From Chrysomallon squamiferum (Eukaryota > Animalia > Mollusca), in contig CM022671.1 of assembly GCA_012295275.1 (NCBI GenBank), forward strand, positions 33,604,001 through 33,668,000: DNA of 64,000 nt, in the 5' to 3' direction. The notes under the pieces were generated by a model. That model searched no databases. It saw nothing but the letters and a program-made list of their open reading frames with translations, and was not told where the DNA came from. This document shows, piece after piece, positions 57,737-64,000 of the stretch; the stretch's first letter is position 1; each line of letters starts with the position of its first letter. The position numbers were made by a program, and so were the translations under genes.

Positions 57737-57935
57737 CTAGCAGTTAGGCTGCTAGTACGAGTACGTAAATTGTATCCGGATACGCTTTGGATAACAGTAT
57801 CCAGATATTCGTACATCGGTTGTATCGGGGCATGCGTACACAGATTATATCTGGGCAAACGCAGATTGTATCTTAAGATACGTAAATCTAATGTGCTTCC
57901 GTACGCAGATCGTATCTTGAGATACGCAGATTTAT
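57737..57935. repeat. Array of short palindromic GTATC..GATAC motifs preceded by a small hairpin; probable DNA-transposon relic
   Basis: Stem CTAGCAG/CTGCTAG (57737-57755), GTATCCGGATAC (57772-57783), GTATCTTAAGATAC (57868-57881), CGTATCTTGAGATACG (57911-57926) and recurring ACGCAGAT. Confidence 0.55.
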
Positions 57936-58724
57936 CGTTCTTGTGTACGCACATATGGAGGATACTAGAAGCTAAATTTATTTCTGTTTATGTTGTTTTA
58001 TGTTCTGACACGAGTGATCTGTAATACTGGTAGTTTTGTTTTTTATATATAAAAAGAGGAAATACTAGAAGTGTTTTAGATTTATATATAATGGTGGAGA
58101 CAATTTCAATGTTTCTCACACGCATACACACATACTTTCTTCTTGTTTTTGGTTGTTTTTCTTTGTTTTGGGTTGGGGGATTTTCGCATAAACATTTACA
58201 CAATTAATCATAGTAACGACATACAAACAAAATGGCTGCCAACGGTACCAACTGACGTGTCTATTGTACCTATTTTATTTATTTTTATTTTTTATTTTTT
58301 TCATGAAAGTTTTCGGTAGCTTTCTATATCTTTAAGTAGTTTATCTTGATAAATATTTCCCTAGCTCTGGGTTGACAAAAAAATGTTTCTTATTTTAAAA
58401 TTTAAAATAAACACAATAACAACAAAAACAAAACAAAATAAAAAAGAAACAAACAAAGAAATAATAATAATAATAAAAAAAAAAATTATGATTATAATAA
58501 TAATAATAACAATAGTAATATTATGAAATAAATAAAAAATAACAAAAATTGAAAACAAAATCATGTCGATGATGAAATTGTACAAATTTCTTCCTTTTAA
58601 CAGACCAGTGTAATATTTTATATCTCTATATCTGTGTGTGTGTGTGTGTGTGTGTGTTTGTTTAGTATTTGATTTTAAAATTTTAAAATAGTTAAATTTA
58701 AAAGCGACATTGGTCTAAATTCTA

Positions 58725-58795
<71 letters not shown>

Positions 58796-59631
58796 CAACC
58801 ATAATAAAAGCTTCCTAATTTCTCTGATAAGAAATATCAAACAAAATAAGATGTTTCCAGTTATTTGAAAGCAATAAGGTGTTTGATAAAAACCATATTT
58901 AATAATGAGATCAGATAAATATGTAGCTTTTTAGCTTTTTGTTTTGAATAACTATTATTTCTGACATAACGATGGCAATAGAAAATAAATCATTTTCATT
59001 TTCTTTTCGTTTTTATTTCTTTATTGTTGTGATAATTTTATTTTATTAGAAAATATTTCTTAAGCTTTCTGTGATATTTAATTTCAGTAGAATAAATTTT
59101 GTAACAAAAATATTTTATGCAAAATTCATTAAAGTTCGTTTAAGTTTGTTAGCTGTACTTTTATGCTGCACTTTATTTTGTTACTGATAAAACTATTTAT
59201 TTAATAAAGAAAATAAATACAAATAATAATACAGTAATAATGAAAACCAGTTAAGTAAAAAAACAAACAAAAAAACAAAACAAAAAACAGATGGTATCTT
59301 CTCCAATAAGTGAAATTTGTTTTTCATTTCTTGTTTTTTATTCTTTCTTTCTTTTTTTTTTTTTTTTTTTTTTTTTGATTTCTTTCTTTCTTTCTTTTTC
59401 TTATTTGTGGAATGATCATTCCAGATTCTGGCTGACATTTCCTACTATTTGTGTGTAGTTTGTATTTTTATCAAACGTTTATAAATAAATTATAACCTCA
59501 GGTTTTGCTTTTTGTATGCTGTCTGACAGTTATTTTACATCAGTGTTTGACTACTGTTTTGTGTACATCATTTCTAAACACGTATGTCTGCCTTTCCCTT
59601 ATATCTCTCTGTGTGTCTGAATCTATTTTTA

Positions 59632-59718
<87 letters not shown>

Positions 59719-60245
59719 TTATTTCTGTCTTTGACTGATTTTTCCTTTATGTCTCTCTGTGTCTGTCTGTCTGTCTGCCTGTCTTTGTTTTTCTATGTCT
59801 CTTCTGTACCCTCTCTCGTTCTCTCGTTCTCTCTTTCTTTCTGTTTGCTTTGAGATGTCACTGTTTCTGCATCACATCATATAACATTTGTAATAATTAA
59901 ATAAAAACAGCTAAAAAATACTTTCATTACAGTTTTGTAGATCATTTTTCATCATGCTCATGTTAGAATAAATTCTCTGTTAAAACTGTCTTCTGAGAAT
60001 AAAATAAACAAACAGTTTGAAATGTTGTTTAAGTTTCTATTTAATTAATTACATGTTATTAAGGAGGCCTTATTTGTCTAAAAGTCGAGACGATAGGCTA
60101 AAAACAACAAACACAACAACAACAACAACAACAAAATAACAAAACAAAAAGAACAAAAACAAAACAACAATGGAAAAGCCCCCCAAAACCCAACCAAACA
60201 ATTGAAGATGAAAAAATAAAATATTAAATGATATTGATGGTGGTG

Positions 60246-60296
<51 letters not shown>

Positions 60297-60606
60297 CATT
60301 AAATACGAGCAAATCTTTAAGGAAACCATTAAGTTAATATTAAACTAACTAACCACGTAACATTTTATGTTTAGATGAAACATAGATAGACATTTTGTTA
60401 ATTCATTTATTCATTAAATTTTACAACTTCTTTTTATTATTCTGTTTTTACTGATAGTTAACAACCTGGTTGATGAATTTTATAAGAAAATAAATGTCTG
60501 TTACTTCTCAGTGTACTGCCAAAAACCACAGAATATATTTTGTTTTCTAACACTGGAATCAAATAAATCAAGGTGTTTGATTTTTAATCTAAGAATAATA
60601 AATTTA

Positions 60607-60734
<128 letters not shown>

Positions 60735-61302
60735 ATCAGAATAAAGGGTTGGACAAACAAAGAATCAATTTCTGTTTGTGTTTTTCTTTGTTGCTGTTAC
60801 TACAATAGGAAATAACCCTAACGAGAATCGATCCTGTTGCTACACAAATGCCACGTCAAACCCGAAAATTAAAACATCTATTTGACCCAAGTAAAAGCAG
60901 TTATTTCTGTCTTACGCAACCATAAAACCTGTGGTCTTTGCGTTTTTAGTTTTGCGCCTACCAAATGAAGGGCTTAGAACAAGCTAGGTCTAACTCACAG
61001 AGCAGAGTTTTTGAGGTAACTGGTATTGGTGTAATTATATAAGTAATACTCACGAGGTAGATACTTATATGTGACTGGCATGAATAAACCAATTTTACCT
61101 TGATGAGTCAGTCATGTAAAGAGTACAATCCTGATTTATTATTTTTAAAAATCACCAGAGGTTAAAGCTGTCTCAAATGAGAACTCATAAGATGTATGCC
61201 AAGGGAACCAACTCTTATGAGAATTAGACATTATTTTGAGACTGAGAAATTCTCTGCCATAATTTTCACATGAACACACACACACACATATATATATATA
61301 TA

Positions 61303-61382
61303 TGCCCAGTTTTAGAATCACCCACCACAGCAGCCAGAAATTAATTTCTGGCTGCTGTGGTGGGCGATTCTAAAACTGGGCA
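61303..61382. repeat. 80-bp spacerless palindrome (40-bp arms, one mismatch)
   Basis: TGCCCAGTTTTAGAATCACCCACCACAGCAGCCAGAAATT / AATTTCTGGCTGCTGTGGTGGGCGATTCTAAAACTGGGCA. The only mismatch is A61320 vs C61365. Confidence 0.95.
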
Positions 61383-61535
61383 CGCAAAAAAGGGAAGAAG
61401 GTAAAAACGATAACTGTATATTAGAAAAAACGAAAACGGTTGATTACGCTGAATAGATTATTTAAATGGAAAATGTAGACCTATCGCCTTTCACCTTCTG
61501 CCTTGTATTTTACGGAATTAGTGGAAAAAAAAGAG

Positions 61536-61573
<38 letters not shown>

Positions 61574-62278
61574 CCTTCTCAGGAACGACAACTCTATAAG
61601 TAAACATCAAAATAATAGAAAAAAATAACTCTTCACGAACGACAACTCTTACTCATGAACTTAGGTTGCATCAATCAATTGAAACGGTTCTAAAACGTAA
61701 TATGTAACTCAGAAATTCTACCTGTATTAAGGTCTTCTTAAAAAAAAAGAAAAACACCAAAACCCCACTTTACTGAATAAATAATACAGATTTGATAAAG
61801 ATATCTCTTGAAATAAGTGTTTTAGTGGTTTACGGTTGACGTTAACAAAAAAAAAGTCAAACTCGGAAAGTTGATTTTTGAAAACTTTGAAATACTTTTT
61901 TTTTTTTTTTTTTTTTTTTTTACTATTATAGATATCTTCAAAAGGTTTTTTGTTTTTACATTTTGATTGGCAATAATAATTAAAAATCCGTCAGCATTGC
62001 TATTTTGGAATGGTGTTATCTTGTTTTTAAAGAGAAGAATTTTATTAATTTTTTTTAAATGAATAGAGGTATGTAAAACGCAGTTGTTTGCCTAACATTA
62101 GGTTCATGTTAAATTACAAAACAACGCTAAATTTCTATTATTATTAAAAAAAAAGAGAAGATTTACGAATTTTTAAACTTTTTGTTTCTTTATTGCAATT
62201 ATGAATAAAACATATCTGACTACAGAAATGAACGATTTTTATTAATTTTCTTTAATAAAAATCGTTAATTTCAGTGGT

Positions 62279-62331
<53 letters not shown>

Positions 62332-62995
62332 GTAAATATTATTGTTATTCAAAGAAAGGTGAAAGATAGTAAAGTAGGCCATATGATGGGGCAGTCTGAA
62401 CTATGTGCAACATTAATTATGTGCTTCTTAGCACAAAGGTGATTATATAAATATACACTCACACACATGCATATTCATATCAGCACCTTTCAGTTTTTTC
62501 TTGCCCTCACTCTGTCATCATATTTCTAACAACGTTCACATTTGATGGAAGGATTTATCTTTGCCAAGTCAGAACAGAGAAAGGTAATCTCTTTTTTATG
62601 TCATGTTATGAGCATTGGTGCATGAGTGAAAAACAAAACAAAAATAAGATGGCCAAACTGCACAAGTTCTGATCATTTCTCAAGTTACATTATCTTGGAA
62701 AAAAACCCCAAAGCAAATAAAATAAAAAAAAACAATAAAAAAAAATTAAAACAGCAACAATCAAGCATGCAAACAAACAACAAAACAAAACACCAGTGGA
62801 AGAGTTATGTCTTTCATTTTCCACTTTCCTGTTACATTTTTCATAATTATTTTTTAGGTATTTTTAAATACATAATGTTTACATGTGATGAGATAAACAT
62901 TTACGAGGAATATAAAGAATAATCCTGATTTTCTCAATGTGAATATTTACAGCATTTTCTTGTATCTCTCCTTAGAAAAAAATATAAATAAATAT

Positions 62996-63032
<37 letters not shown>

Positions 63033-63034
63033 AA

Positions 63035-63090
<56 letters not shown>

Positions 63091-64000
63091 ATAAATAATT
63101 AAAAATTTAAAATTCAATAAAATTGGAATAAGAAAGATTTTTTTTTTTAAATTGACATTGTCATAACTTTCCATAAATATAAATGTGTCAGTACACTTTT
63201 CTCATCTATTTAATAAAACTTGTTTATGAAGGGCACTTTATAATAAACAGAGATTGAGCAAAACACTATTATCTGTATCTGTATGTAATTACAAGTTAAC
63301 TATTGTTTATAAATAGTAACTTTGTTAACGTTTTTGTTAAATTATCATGTATAACTCTTTATTATATTTTTCAAAGATATAGGTATGTCTGAATGTGTAT
63401 TAGTGTATACACACACACACAGACACACACACTCATATGTAAAATATACATATAGGACTTAAAATGTATTAAAAAAAAACTAAGAAATAATAAAAACATA
63501 ATAATATAAAATAATAATATATATAATTATAAAGCAACTATAATTAAAAAGTTTTTTGAAAAGAAAGTAAAAGTACTTTTATAAATGGTTCACCAAACTG
63601 AGGGATTCTGAAGAAGGGCAAACAAAGAAATAATTTAAAAAAAAAAAAAAAAAAAAAAGAAAGAAAGAAAGAAAAAGAAAGAAAGAAAGATTCAAAGAAG
63701 GAAAGAAAAACGTTTATCAGATGGAATGATGTACAGTGATAAAATAATCTTATTTACATACATGATAATGATTATGCAACCCAGAGGATTGGATTAAGAT
63801 ATGAAAATAATGTCACATGTTAAATGTTTATGGAGATAAAAATTTTATAAAGAAAAATACTGATAATCATAAAATTCAGCAATTTAAAAAGTTACATTTG
63901 TTGTATGATCTAAAATGGGTATGTATCTGGCACTAGAATTATAAATATTTATGTTAAAATGTACACTTTTTGTTAACTAAACCAAACCACAACAAAAAGA

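Overview
AT-rich, microsatellite-dense eukaryotic (animal) DNA. An invertebrate, possibly mollusc, origin is inferred from intron style, repeat content and a MetaSINE-like relic. By hand-splicing I can build five intron-containing genes: a short secreted CUB-domain gene (-, 4254/5074-6171, C-terminus uncertain); MED19 (+, 6934-11704, 238 aa, with a GC-AG intron); ABHD11 (-, 13499-16609, 299 aa); RAB35 (-, 23966-27030, 201 aa); and a testin-like Cys-rich+PET+3xLIM gene (+, 28922-56621, 395 aa) with an intact tRNA-Ser(GCT) in intron 1. Transposon relics include DIRS/Ngaro RT-RNaseH, two Mutator-like fragments, hAT MITEs and a SINE. The most unusual signal is repeated duplication of splice junctions. 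A ~1.9 kb 40/46-bp minisatellite grew from the MED19 exon 3 donor (~45 donor copies). A 24-bp repeat copies the RAB35 exon 4 donor in frame. A copied RAB35 terminal-exon acceptor would give a Rab35 without its prenylation motif. There is also an 80-bp spacerless palindrome at 61303-61382. Nearly all other listed ORFs are microsatellite artefacts. All family assignments come from remembered motifs, not database searches.
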